Of a DNA stretch of 64,000 nucleotides, positions 28,743 to 41,764 are shown piece by piece (positions within the stretch are counted from its first letter, which is position 1; each line of letters opens with the position of its first letter). This stretch comes from Octopus sinensis (Eukaryota). Below the pieces are notes generated by a model. That model did not search any database. It saw only the letters and a program-made list of their open reading frames with translations, and was not told the origin of the DNA. The DNA lies in NCBI RefSeq assembly GCF_006345805.1, contig NC_043009.1:55304001-55368000 (forward strand). Reading direction: 5' to 3'. Made by a program: the position numbers and the translations under genes.

Positions 28743-29465
28743 AACATATATACGACGGACTTCTTTCAGTTTCCGTCTACCAAATCCACTCACTAGGCTT
28801 TGGTTGGCCCGAGGCTATAGTAGAAGACATTTGCCCAAGGTGCCACACAGTGGGATTGAACCCGGAACCATGTGGTTGGTAAGCAAACTACGTACTACAC
28901 AGCCACTCCTATACCTATATATGAGGAAATATGCCTTTGCCTATTGAAATACGTGAGGGAAATTCCTCTACATGGTATACATATAATTTTGTAAGTAAAA
29001 TATTTTACTTATAATGAGAATGAAGATTAGAAAGTGTCCAAATGAATATAGAAAGTTCATGAGAAGATTAATGCTACATACAAAATTTGCATGCTTTTGG
29101 TTGTATGTCCTTTCACTAACATTCATATCACTACAATCCTTATGGGCCCCAACACTAAATGCTTGCTAGTGTTATATGATTTGTAAATCATGATTTCTTG
29201 AGTTCAGTTTCACTGTGCAGCAAGGTGTAGCTGTGGCTGTATGGCGAAGAAGCTTGCTTCTGAGCTGTGTGGTCTCAGGTTCAGTCCCACTGCACGGCAC
29301 ATTGGGCAAATGTCTTCAACTGTAACCTCTAGCCAACCAAAACCTTGTGAGTGGATATCGTGTATCTACTGTTTTTACCTCGCTCAGAGGTTTATTATTG
29401 CTTGTTTCCACTTTTCTGAGATCAGTAACTTTTCGTCACTGGAAATAGTATATATACATACATAT

Positions 29466-31406
29466 ATCATCATCATCATCATCATCATCGTTTAGCGTCC
29501 GTTTTCCATGCTAGCATGGGTTGGACGGTTCTACTGGGGTCTGTGAAGCCAGAAGGCTTCATCAGGCCCAGTCAAATCTGGCAGTGTTTCTACGGCTGGA
29601 TGCCCTTCCTAACGCCAACCACTCCGTGAGTGTAGTGGGTGCTTTTTACGTGCCACCCGCACTGGTGCCAGACAGAGCTGGCAAACGGCCACGAACGGAT
29701 GGTGCTTTTTATGTGCCACCGGCACGAGGGCCAGGCGAGGCTGGCAACGGACACGAAACGGGGCGGTGCTGGCAACGGTCGCGAAACGGAAAGTTCTCTT
29801 ACATGCCACCGGCACTGGTAACACATCTGCAATTTCCATTGATCGATTTCCATTGATCGATTTCGATTCTGATCGTCACTTGCCTCAACGGGTCTTCACA
29901 AGCAGAGTTTTGACATGCCACCGGCACTGGTAGCACATCCACAATTTCCATTGATCGATTTCGATTCTGATCCTCACTTGCCTCATCACGTCTTCACAAG
30001 TAGAGTTTTGTGTCCCAAGAAGGGAAGGTATGCATACGTAGGCTGGCTCCATCTCATGTAGAAGGCCACGGGTTATGGACTCACTTGTCCTGCCGGGTCT
30101 TCTCGCGCACAGCACACTTCCAGAGGTCTCGGTCTCTAGTCATTTCCTCAGTGAGACCTAAAGTTCGAAGGTCGTGCTTCACCACCTCGTCCCAGGTTTT
30201 CCTGGGTCTGCCTCTTCCACAGGTTCCCTCAACCGCTAGGGTGTGGCACTTTTTCATACAACTATCTTCATCCATTCTCGCCACATGACCATACCAGCGC
30301 AAACGTCTCTCTTGCACACCACAACTGATGCTTCTTAGGTCCAGCTTTTCTCTCAAGGTACTTACACTCTGCCGAGTATGAGTACTGACATTACACATCC
30401 ATCGGAGCATACTGGCTTCGTTTCTAGCGAGCTTACGCATATCCTCAGCAGTCACGGCCCATGTTTCACTGCCATGTAGCATGGCTGTTCGTACACACGC
30501 ATCATACAGTCTGCCTTTCACTCTGTGCGAGAGGCCTTTTGTCACCAGCAGAGGTAAGAGCTCTCTGAACTTTGCCCAAGCTATTCTTACTCTAGCAGTT
30601 ACACTTTCAGCACACCCGCCCCCGCTGCTGACTTGGTCACCTAGGTAACGGAAACTATCAACTATTTCTAGTTTTTCTCCCTGGAAAGTGACGGAAGTTG
30701 GTCTCAGAGCATTTTCAGTGTTATTGTTCCTGAGCATCTGCCACATACAAAAACCATCTTCCTAGTTAGCCTTCCTTTGACATTGCTGCATCTCTTATGT
30801 GTCCATAGCTTACACTTGGTGCATCTTATAGAGTTTCTACCTACACCTTTTCTACAGATCGAGCAGGGCCATCTACCTGAAGGTGTTTGTGATTTGTCTA
30901 CCTTCCTACTGATTACGACTTTGGTTTTAGCTAGATTGACTCTGAGGCCCTTCGATTCTAATCCTTGTTTCCACACCTGAAACTTCTCCTCCAGTTCTGA
31001 TAGCGACTCAGCAATTAGAGCAAGGTCATCAGCATAGAGGAGCTCCCAAGGGCATCCTATCTTGAATTCCTCCGTTATTGCCTGGAGGACTATGATAAAT
31101 AGGAGGGGGCTGAGTACTGAGCCTTGGTGGACTCCTACCTCTACCCGGAATTCTTCACTGTACACATTTCCAACCCTCACCCTACTAGCGGCGTCCCTGT
31201 ACATGGCCCGCACAGCTCTCACTAACCATTCATCTATCCCTAGTTTCCTCATTGCCCACCAGATAAGGGATCGGGGGACCCTGTCGAAGGCTTTCTCCAT
31301 GTCAACAAAAGCCAGGTACAGGGGCTTATCTTTGGCTAGGTATTTCTCCTGCAGCTGCCTTACCAGGAATATAGCATCAGTAGTACTTTTCCCTGGCACA
31401 AACCCA
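29466..31406 (-). mobile_element. 5'-truncated RTE-clade LINE (RT with YADD, PHD finger, one frameshift, 3'UTR, (GAT)n tail)
   Basis: ORFs 30704-31399 and 30081-30746: FVDMEKAFDRV, GVHQGSVLSPLLF, LLYADD, FRYLGD, RRLRWYGHV, GRPRKTW; frameshift near 30715; internal duplication in the 3'UTR. Confidence 0.95.
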
Positions 31407-31470
31407 ATATTTATATATTTATATATTTATTTATATTGAGAACCACTTCCCATTACCAACCGGTGGTTGT

Positions 31471-31515
31471 CACATGCTGATGATGGATCAATATTCAGAA
31501 ACCCGGGTCCGTGTG
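31471..31515 (+). ncRNA. Minimal type I hammerhead ribozyme, intact core
   Basis: CACATG-CTGATGA-TGGAT(caat)ATTCA-GAAA-C(CCGG)G-TC-CGTGTG: 6-bp stem I, 5-bp stem II, palindromic stem III loop, GUC site at 31507-31509. Confidence 0.85.
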
Positions 31516-31946
31516 TATCACGTCAGGCTGCAGATGGGAATGATTACTTCCCTTTGCAAATACTGATAGGGCACAGACAGTGTGTCAATAGCCAGCTGGA
31601 GGAGATGTCTTCCTGGGGCTACAAGCTACAGTAGCATCAACCCTTAAGGGTTAGCCACATTTAGGTGGCAAATATACTTAACAATGTTGTGCAGCTACTG
31701 TTTATATCTCGCTCGGAGATTTATTATTGATATATACATATTTACACATATTTGTTGGATGGCAGTTGACTGCTCACGAGTTCCTCAGCCCTTTGATGAG
31801 TCTTGTTTTTCATCCTGCAGGGTGTCCGACAATCACCCTCCTCACCAAGCAAGCCTGGTGGGGTTGCCAGTTTAGTCACCAATGACCCAACCATGCAACA
31901 GGTTGTACTGGATTACATGTTACCAGTAGCACTCAACAGTGACCTG

Positions 31947-32544
31947 ACACACATACACACATACATACATACACACATACATAAATACATACATACACAC
32001 ATATATACATACATACACATACGCATACATACATACACACACATACATACATACACACACATACATACATACGTACACACACACATACATACACACACGC
32101 ATACATACATACACACACGCATACATACATACGCACACGCATACATACGTACACACATACATACACACACACATACATACATACATACACACACACACCA
32201 CACACACACACATACATACATACATACAACACACACATACATACACATACATACATACACACACGCATACATACATACACACACGCATACATACATACGC
32301 ACACGCATACATACGTACACACATACATACACACACACATACATACATACATACATACATACACACACGCATACATACATACACACACGCATACATACAT
32401 ACACACACGCATACATACATACACACACATACATACACACACATACATACACACACGAATACATACATACATACATACACACACATACATACACACACAC
32501 ATACATACACATACACACATACACACATACACACATATATACAT

Positions 32545-32580
<36 letters not shown>

Positions 32581-32620
32581 CACACACACACACACACACA
32601 TACATACATACATACATACA
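31947..32620. repeat. Compound (CA/CATA)n microsatellite
   Basis: Direct reading; source of the HT/VC-rich ORFs. Confidence 0.95.
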
Positions 32621-33487
32621 TTTGAAGCACAGGAATGGGTATGTGTGTAGTTAAGAAGTTTGCTTCCTCACCACATGGTTTTGTGTTCAGTCCCACTTCA
32701 TGGCTCTTCAAGTATTTTTCCTGATTTTTTTTTATTTTCGATTTGCCTATATTTATTATATACATCTTTTATCTTTTTTTTTGTACTTGTTTCAGTTATT
32801 GGAATGTAACCATGCTGGGACACCACCTTGAAGGGTTTAATCAAACAAATCAACCCCAGTACATTATTTTTAAAGTCTCGTACTTACTGTTCTGGTCTCT
32901 TTTACCAAACTGCTAAGTTACAAGGAAGTAAACAAACCAACACCAGTTGTCAAATGCTGGGAGAAGACACAAACACAAAGACATTCACACTTATACACAT
33001 ATACATATATATGGCAAGATTTTCACATAGCTTCCCTCAACCAAATTCAGTCACAAGGCATGACACCTGCTCAAGGTACTGCACTGTAAGACCGAACCTG
33101 AAGTGGCAAGCTGGCAGAAATGTTAGTACACCGGGCGAAATGCTCAGCGGTATTTCATCTGCTACTACGTACTGAGTTTTATTAAAAAAAGGCAGTGAGC
33201 TGGCAGAATCGTTAGCATGCCGGGTGAAATGCTTGGCGGTATTTCGTCTGTCTTTATGTTCTGCATTTAAATTCCACCGAAGTCGACTTTGCCTTTCATC
33301 CTTTCGGGGTCAGTTAAATAAGTACCTATTTCTTTATTACCCACAAGGGGCTAAACACAGAGAGGACAAACAAGGACAGACATAGGTATTAAGTTGATTA
33401 CATCGACCCCAGTGCGTAACTGGTACTTAATTTATCGACCCCGAAAGGATGAAAGGCAAAGTCAACCTCGGCGGAATTTGAACTCAG

Positions 33488-34160
33488 AACTCCTTGGCTT
33501 CAGGTTCAGTCTTATTTCTTTATTGCCCACAAGGGGCTAAACACAGAGGGGACAAACAGGGACAGACAAACGGATTAAGTCGATGAGATCGACCCCAGTG
33601 CGTAACTGGTACTTATTTAACTGACGGCGAGCTGGCAGAAACGTTAGCACACTGGGCGAAATGCTTAGCGGTATTTCGTCTGCGTTACGTTGTGAGTTCA
33701 AATTCCGCCGAGGTCAACTTTGCCTTTCATCCTTTCGGGGTCGATAAATTAAGTACCAGTTATGCTCTGGGGTCGATGTAATCGACTTAATACCTATTTC
33801 TTTATTACCCACAAGGGGCTAAACACAGAGGGGACAAACAAGGACAGACATAGGTATTAAGTCGATTACATCGACCCCAGTGCGTAACTGGTACTTAATT
33901 TATCGACCCCGAAAGGATGAAAGGCAAAGTCGACCTCGGCGGAATTTGAACTCACAACGTAACACAGACGAAATACCGCTAAGCATTTCGCCCGGCGTGC
34001 TAACGTTTCTGCCAGCTCGCCGTCAGTTGAATAAGTACCAGTTACACACTGGGGTCGATCCCATCGACCTAATCTGTTTGTCTGTCCCTGTTTGTCCCCC
34101 TCTATGTTTAGCCCCTTGTGGGTAGTAAAGAAATAAGACTGAACCTGGAGCCAAGGAGTT
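33488..34160. repeat. Inverted duplication, arms of about 310 bp, 52-bp spacer
   Basis: 33488-33797 is the reverse complement of 33850-34160, including shared SINE junctions. Confidence 0.9.
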
Positions 34161-34279
34161 GCAAAAAATGAGCTTCTAAACCACACAGCCATAACTGAGC
34201 CTCTAATAATAATACAAAAAAAATGTAACATCAAGCAATTCATTGTTAGTCATATAACTTGGCAAATTAAATAGTCATA

Positions 34280-34326
<47 letters not shown>

Positions 34327-34504
34327 GTTGAGGAGCTGTGGCGTTCAATATGGAACATTATTGTGTTTGTTGATGTATATTAATTTATATTGTTTATATT
34401 GTATTATTGTGTATATGTATATATATGTATATATATGTAAGAATATGAGTATGTATGCACTCATATTTATATTTAGATGTAAATTATTTTAGGGTTTGCA
34501 TTAG

Positions 34505-34619
34505 AATCTCCGAAGAGGCCGTAAGATATTCTTGTTAATGTTTCATTTATACCTGCATTATATGGCTAATAGGTTAAATGAGACATACCTATCTTCATGG
34601 CCGAAACAGCTGTCAGTTA
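34505..34619 (+). ncRNA. Hammerhead motif with CCGAAGA core and long extended stem II
   Basis: CCGAAGA-GGCCGT-AAGAT..ATGTTTCATTTA/TAAATGAGACAT..ATCTT-CATGGCC-GAAA-C(AGCT)G-TC; inside a segment of about 490 bp flanked by (TA)n. Confidence 0.7.
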
Positions 34620-35441
34620 TAATGTAAATGTATTTTTATATCTTGTTATATTTATTTAGTTATATCTCACCATATTGTTTGTAATTATTGTACTGTATTA
34701 ATGTCTAATCTCTTTGCTATTGTGTAGTGTTTTAATAAAGTATATGATTCGGTATTATCTGATAGTTGATGATTGATTTAGATATATTTCTCCATTTTCT
34801 CATTTTGTATATATATATATATATTTGTATATATATATAAAATTTATTAGTTTAAATTCTTTAAATAATTTTTTATTTTTAACTATTATATTTTTAAATT
34901 AATTCTATGTATTGGCTTATGTTTTTCACTGTTTGATTTGCCTAATAGTGGTTTTATCTTTAATTTAATATAATAATATAATATATTTATACTATAAAAT
35001 TGGATTTAATCCTAAATCTAATTTTTCCCTGTAAGTTTGGATTTATTCCCTAGTGGTAAGTAGCTTGTTTACCAACCACATGGTTCCGGGTTCAGTCTCA
35101 CTGTGTGGCACCTTGGGCAAGTGTCTTCTGCTATAGCCTCGGGCCGACCAAAGCCTTGTGAGTGGATTTGGTAGACGGAAACTGAAAGAAGCCTGTCGTA
35201 TATATGTATATATATATGTATGTGTGTGTGTTTGTGTGTCTGTGTTTGTCCCCCTAGCATTGCTTGACAACCGATGCTGGTGTGTTTATGTCCCCGTCAC
35301 TTAGCGGTTCGGCAAAAAGAGACCAATAGAATAAGTACTGGGCTTACAAAGAATAAGTCCCGGGGTCGAGTTGCTCGACTAAAGGCAGTGCTCCAGTATG
35401 GGCGCAGTCAACTGACTGAAACAAGTAAAAGAGTAAAAGAG

Positions 35442-35484
<43 letters not shown>

Positions 35485-35494
35485 ATATAATATA

Positions 35495-35529
<35 letters not shown>

Positions 35530-35784
35530 TAAGAAATGATTATGACATACATATCAGGAGATTGAAATGAGCTGCGCTATAAATGACAAGGTTAAAACGA
35601 ATTAAAATTTTGCCAGTTGACAAGCATTGAATAGAATTTAGAATGAATGGTTGGAGAACTGATGAATATTAGCTGTCAGAGGCTCTAATGTAACAGTAGA
35701 TTCCATAGTTGGGGAACTCATTAATATTATTAGCTGTCATGGGCTCTGATGTTACACTTGCTTCCATTTGTGTTTATTAGGGAA

Positions 35785-35822
35785 CATCCTGTCGTGGGGC
35801 TGGCCTGAAACAGCTGAAGATG
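35785..35822 (+). ncRNA. Decayed hammerhead motif downstream of a possible PLE ORF end
   Basis: CATC-CTGTCGT-G-GGGC(tg)GCCT-GAAA-C(AGCT)G-AA-GATG; stems retained, three core positions mutated. Confidence 0.4.
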
Positions 35823-36014
35823 AGATCAATAGTTTTCTTCAGTCTGACTGCCATAGATTAGTTAGCTGTTGGTTGATGACAATATAACTGCATTGGTTAA
35901 GAATAGTCAAGACACGAGAATTCAATTTGAGCATGACAACTGAAAAAGAAAAAAATTCCAGACTTAACCATTTCTAATATAAGCATGTGTCTGTTGTTGT
36001 TTGTTTTGCTTTAA

Positions 36015-36237
36015 CCCTTTAGTGTTTGCATATTTCTGTTGAGATGTTCTGTGTTTCTTCCAATTATTTTAAATATAACAAAGAATTTGATAAAATAACT
36101 TAGTTACCATTACGCTGGTGTTAGGAACATAAATTGCGACTAAGGTTTGGTGGAAGATTTTAATTTGAAACTTATGAAAACAAGACATTTGTACTACAGA
36201 GCCAGAAGCGGGTTCAGCCAGGTTGGTATCGAAAGGG
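36015..36237. mobile_element. piggyBac-like MITE
   Basis: TTAA-CCCTTT...AAAGGG-TTAA termini; a related partial copy ends at about 9341. Confidence 0.55.
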
Positions 36238-36429
36238 TTAAAGCGACTGAGTTAAAAAAAAAGAGAATTAAACAAGAACTTAAAAGAGAAGTCAAAACAA
36301 AATGAAAAAATATGAAGTGAAGAAACAACAAACAAAGCTAATATACCTGAAGAATATGACAAGATAAAGAAAGTTTTCCCGATTAAGCACAAGTTCTGCA
36401 GCTGCCTTACCACTATTGTCCAACTAGTT

Positions 36430-36893
36430 CTTGATATTGTCTATGTTCTTTGCTTACCTCTTCATCAACTGCTCGTTGCTATTCTTTCCATGATAATATT
36501 TTCCAAACATCTGCTTTTTCGTATATGGCCATAATAGATGAGCTTTCATTTTATTACATCTTTTGTGTATTTGTTACGACACACATTCAGTTGTCCAATG
36601 ATCCATGTAAGATACTCTTAAAATTCCCCTCTATACCACATTTCGAATGCATTGATTATGTTCTCTTCAAATTTGTTCAGAGATCATGCTTCACAACCAT
36701 GAAAATGACTATTGGCCAAATGAGCGCTTGCACCAGCCTCGTTTTTAACTTAGGTGAGACACTTTTCTGGTCCAGATATTATTAAGTTTTTCTATGGATG
36801 TTCTTGCCATGGCTAGCCATATCTTAATTTTTTTCTTACATGTGGTTTCATCAGAGATTCAGACTCCAAGATACTTGTGCAATTCAACCTGTT
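36430..36893 (-). mobile_element. Decayed RTE/BovB-like LINE fragment
   Basis: EQVELHKYLGV..AMARTS..KTRLVQALIWPIV..GCEA..INAFEMW with stops and frameshifts. Confidence 0.7.
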
Positions 36894-37203
36894 CGATGAC
36901 AATGATGAGGATGATGATAGTGATGGTGGTGGTGGTGGTGATGATGATATATATATAACTGATGATATATATATAAGGTGGCGAGCTGGCAGAAACGTTA
37001 GCACGCTCAGCCGAAATGCTTAGCGGTATTTCGTCTGCCGCTACGTTCTGAGTTCAAATTCCACCAAAGTCGACTTTACCTTTCATCCTCTCAGGGTCGA
37101 TTAAATAAGTACCAGTTACACACTGGGGTCAATATAATCGACTTAATCCATTTGTCTGTCTTTGTTTGTCCTCTCTGTGTTTAGCCCCTTGTGGGTAGTA
37201 AAG

Positions 37204-37235
<32 letters not shown>

Positions 37236-37694
37236 CTGCTAGATATTTTAAGTTTTCTAACTTAATATATTTCTTTGTAAGACATTTTGGAGATATTTCC
37301 TCTATCTTGACAAGACAGGATGTTTTGCAGTTGTTATAAACATTTGTGTCATTCCACTTGTACATTCTGTTCGTTTTATGTCCCTCTCATTGTGGTCAAG
37401 CCAGCTGCTATTTGTAACAAGGATTCACAGAAACCTGTCTCTTTCAACAGCAGCTGAAGAAGTGTATTGATGCAAAAATATCTTGATATCCCAGTAGAGT
37501 TACAGTAAAGTAAATATAAGCATATTTTTTTTATATGAGTATATCTTATATTGACTCTTTCCGTTATTTATTTCACATAGACATTGCTTATAACTTCAAC
37601 TAGTTTCTTATTAGTTATCGGACACTCAATAAATAATACCTCAGACAAATTAAGAAATTAAATTGAGCCATGTGGAGGTCAATATGTCTAGTTA

Positions 37695-37738
<44 letters not shown>

Positions 37739-38018
37739 TATAACCTTTCTGGGAATATCAAGATGTTTCTTCAATATCATAGTCATCATCATAATATAAT
37801 GTGTCTGCCATCCATGCTTGTAAGGGTTGGACAGTTTTATGGTATCCAATAACTTGGCATTCTGTGACAAGATCCAGTATCTATTCTGGCATGGTTTCTA
37901 TAGCTTCATAATGCCAACCACTTTACAGAATGTACTGGTACTCTTTTCTTGAACCAACACTAGTAAGGCTGTCAAGTAGCTAGCAAGATAAAGAAAGGAC
38001 TTCTCAACAGAATGGAGT

Positions 38019-38078
<60 letters not shown>

Positions 38079-38080
38079 GG

Positions 38081-38118
<38 letters not shown>

Positions 38119-38386
38119 CACAACACATACACACATATATGTGTGCATATATATTAACCACTTTTCTATGCTTGCATGGGTTAGATACACACACACACAC
38201 ACGCACACATACACACCAGAGTTTGGGCGTACAAATGTGAGGAAAAGTACTCAGTATATGATATATAAAGTTTATTTATTTGAACAAATGATTTTCCGTT
38301 TGTTGCCTAAATAAATACATATACGCACAGTTGCAGAGGGAGTGAATCATCAGCTGCAATAATATATGAATACTGAATATATATAT

Positions 38387-38444
<58 letters not shown>

Positions 38445-38798
38445 CTATATATATATATCATATATATGTATATATATGTATATACACATATACATTATGT
38501 CATATATATATATATGTGTGTGTGTGTGTATACACATACATACATATACATATATGTGTATGTGTGTGTATATATATATATATTATATATATATATACAT
38601 AGAGAGAGAGAGGAGAGAGAGAGAAGGAGAGAGAGAGAGTAACACAGCAGCATCTTTGTACTATCTCCAAAATGTCATTAGCAACAATGTTGATTATTTT
38701 GTTTCTGTTATGTATTTCTAAAAAATCATTTAAAATAATCTGTGGACTTTGCTTCTCTTCTCTGAAATCCTACAATTTCTTCTCTCTCTCTCTCACTC

Positions 38799-38832
<34 letters not shown>

Positions 38833-39381
38833 GTATGTATGTAATGTATGTATGTATGTATGTATGTATGTATGTATCTAACTACCTATCTATCTATCCA
38901 TCTATCTATCTATCTAATCTATCTCTTACTATCTCCCTTTCAGTGTTTTTATCTCTTCCCCCACCATCTCTCCATAACGACATATTCAAATGAACTCTTG
39001 TGCCACTGTTACCATTTCACAACGGTACCAGCACTGTTCCATGGATAATCTCATATTTGCATAGGTAAAGCTCTTTCCCTCTGGGCAGTAAACCAAAGCA
39101 CTCAATCCCTTCTCCATATCTTATTCTTCCAGTTATACACAAGACCTTTTTACAGAGCCCTGATTTCACAATGAACTTTTTATCACTAATGGCTTCATTT
39201 AACCGATTTGCAAATTCTAAAAGACATTGTCTTTCTTTTGCATCTTTTCCATTCAATTGTCACATTTTTTCCCCTCTTCAACCTTCATTCTCTCTCCTAT
39301 TTTTTATTTCTCTCCTCCCTCCCCTTTATTCTCTCTCTCTCTCACACACACACAATTTTGACAGTATTGTTGCTTATGATA

Positions 39382-39424
<43 letters not shown>

Positions 39425-39994
39425 GCAGACATATATATGACAATATTGCTTATGTAAGTATATGTATGTATATGCACACATACACACCATGATATATAGA
39501 TATATATATATATATATTATATATATATATATGCATGTATATATATATTATATATATGTTTGTGTGTATATATATATATATCTATATATATATTATGTGT
39601 ATATATTTATATATGTGCATTTATGTATGTGTGTGTGTGTGTGTGTATTGTGTGTGTGTGTGTGTGGTGTGTGTGTATCACTGTCTCTTTCTCACCCAGT
39701 GTCTTGAAATTTTTCTATTTATATCTTGTCTTTCTTTTCCTCATCCTCTCTCTCTCTATTTTTCTCCATTATATACTCTCAATAGGTTAATTGGCAGGAA
39801 AATATGAAGAAACGAAAGAGAATGATAAGGAAACAGGCATGATATTTAACATTAGTACAGTTTGGAGAAGGTCTTCTATCCCAAGGCATCGTTTATTCTG
39901 ATGTTTTGCCAAATTCAGTGCAGTGGGGCATTTCTTTGCAAAGAGCAGGGAATGGGATAATAATGATAAATAATAATAATAATAATAATAATAA

Positions 39995-40029
<35 letters not shown>

Positions 40030-40455
40030 TAATGTGAGAGAGGCGATATGAAAAATGGACATTGATTATGTATAAAGAAATTCTGTCACCCACCACCACC
40101 ACCACCACCACAACCACTGATCTTTATGCACCCCTACCATCTCATCCTCCTACATCAAGCATGTGCATTGCTTTGATGTCAGCCTCTCAGGAGACTCTGA
40201 TTAATAGGGGACACATGCATGACCAACGAGACTATTAAATAACAGAATAGAAGAAGGGTAGGGGGGGTTCCTGTGGTTGTGGTGAGGGTGTGAGAGTGAG
40301 AAGCCCCCTAAATACCCCTTGAAAAAGTTTACTAATGGTATCTATCAATCATCCGTCTCGTAGAAAGCATGCCTTAACCATTGGAAATAAGTTATCTTCT
40401 AACTAGTCAAATCAACTCAGGAAACTCTAGCCAGAAATGAGTGGACGATGAGAGA

Positions 40456-40488
<33 letters not shown>

Positions 40489-40501
40489 CAGATGAGAGAG
40501 C

Positions 40502-40582
<81 letters not shown>

Positions 40583-40637
40583 GGAGAGAGAGAGGGGGGT
40601 AAGAAAGAAATATTTTCTTTAATATCAATGAGGAATT

Positions 40638-40673
<36 letters not shown>

Positions 40674-40907
40674 CAAACATATCTAAATACACACATGCAC
40701 ATATAGCTCATATAGCTATAAAACATACAAACACACACATATGAATACATATAAACATATATAATATTACAGGGATGTACTTGCATAGCAAGTGACTTGA
40801 TCTGAGATCGTGTGCTGAAACGAAAACAATTGCAGCGTGGAAGGTGTTTGTAAGCCATTTAAGAAACACACAAAGGCCGTTCGATTCACTTCAACATTTA
40901 AGTTTAA

Positions 40908-40958
40908 TTTGTTAAAATATCTTCGTCGCTTTAAGACCGCGACCTGTTCACTGACAAA
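40908..40958 (-). ncRNA. Hammerhead-like motif with G3:C8 swapped core
   Basis: TTTGTCA-GTGAACA-G-GTCGC(ggtcttaaa)GCGAC-GAAG-ATAT-TTTAACAAA. Confidence 0.5.
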
Positions 40959-41431
40959 AATCCGTGCTGCATCTGAGAAAGTAACAGTTAGTTCATTATA
41001 TATATATGTACGTATGTATGTGTGTATGTATGTATGTATATATGCATGCCTGTATGCATGCATGCATGTATGTATGTATGTACGTACGCATGTGTGTATG
41101 TATGCATGTATGTGTGTATATGCATGCACACACACACACTATAAACCTGTAGTGGTGGATAGGTGTAGACTGACCACTCATCACAACAATATCAAATTTC
41201 AACCCCCCCCCCCGCCGAAACTAGGAAGTGATTTACGACCCTTACCCCCACGACAAAACTCTAAAACCTATTATCAGCCACATATCTCTTTATCTCAAAA
41301 CTTTTGTTTTACTATTACTTATCTTTTTTTTTTATCTTATCTTATAGTATATATAATATACTATATGTCTTTGTATATATATATATATTTAAAAAAGGAG
41401 ATGTGGAACACGAGTTGTGATATATAAAAAT

Positions 41432-41729
41432 GGAAATGAAGAAAATGCTGACAAAATAATTTAAGTAATTTAAATAATTTAATTAGGTGAAAGTTCTTTT
41501 TACCGGTTGCGCATTTGTTATGCTTATCAAAAGATTTTTTAAGAGAGATAGAGTTCCTTTCTGATAGATTTTTTTTCCTCTTATCTCAGATAAGAGGAAA
41601 AAATCTATCAGAAAGGAACTCTATCTCTCTTAAAAAAACTTTTGATAAGCATAACAAATGCGCAACCGGTAAAAAGAACTTTCACCTAATTAATTACTTA
41701 AATTATTTTGTCAGCATTTTCTTCATTTC

Positions 41730-41730
<1 letters not shown>
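41432..41730. repeat. Near-perfect palindrome of about 300 bp with a 3-nt loop
   Basis: Arms 41432-41585 and 41589-41730 are reverse complements apart from small indels; loop TCA. Confidence 0.95.

Positions 41731-41764
<34 letters not shown>

Noticed and set aside
29640-29935. Regularly spaced TGCCACCGGCAC repeats (CRISPR-like look)
   Set aside because: Internal subrepeats of the RTE 3'UTR, seen in other tail copies; eukaryotic context with no cas genes.
31803-32765. ORFs of 226-283 aa rich in HT/VC
   Set aside because: Compound CA/CATA repeat lacking stops by composition.
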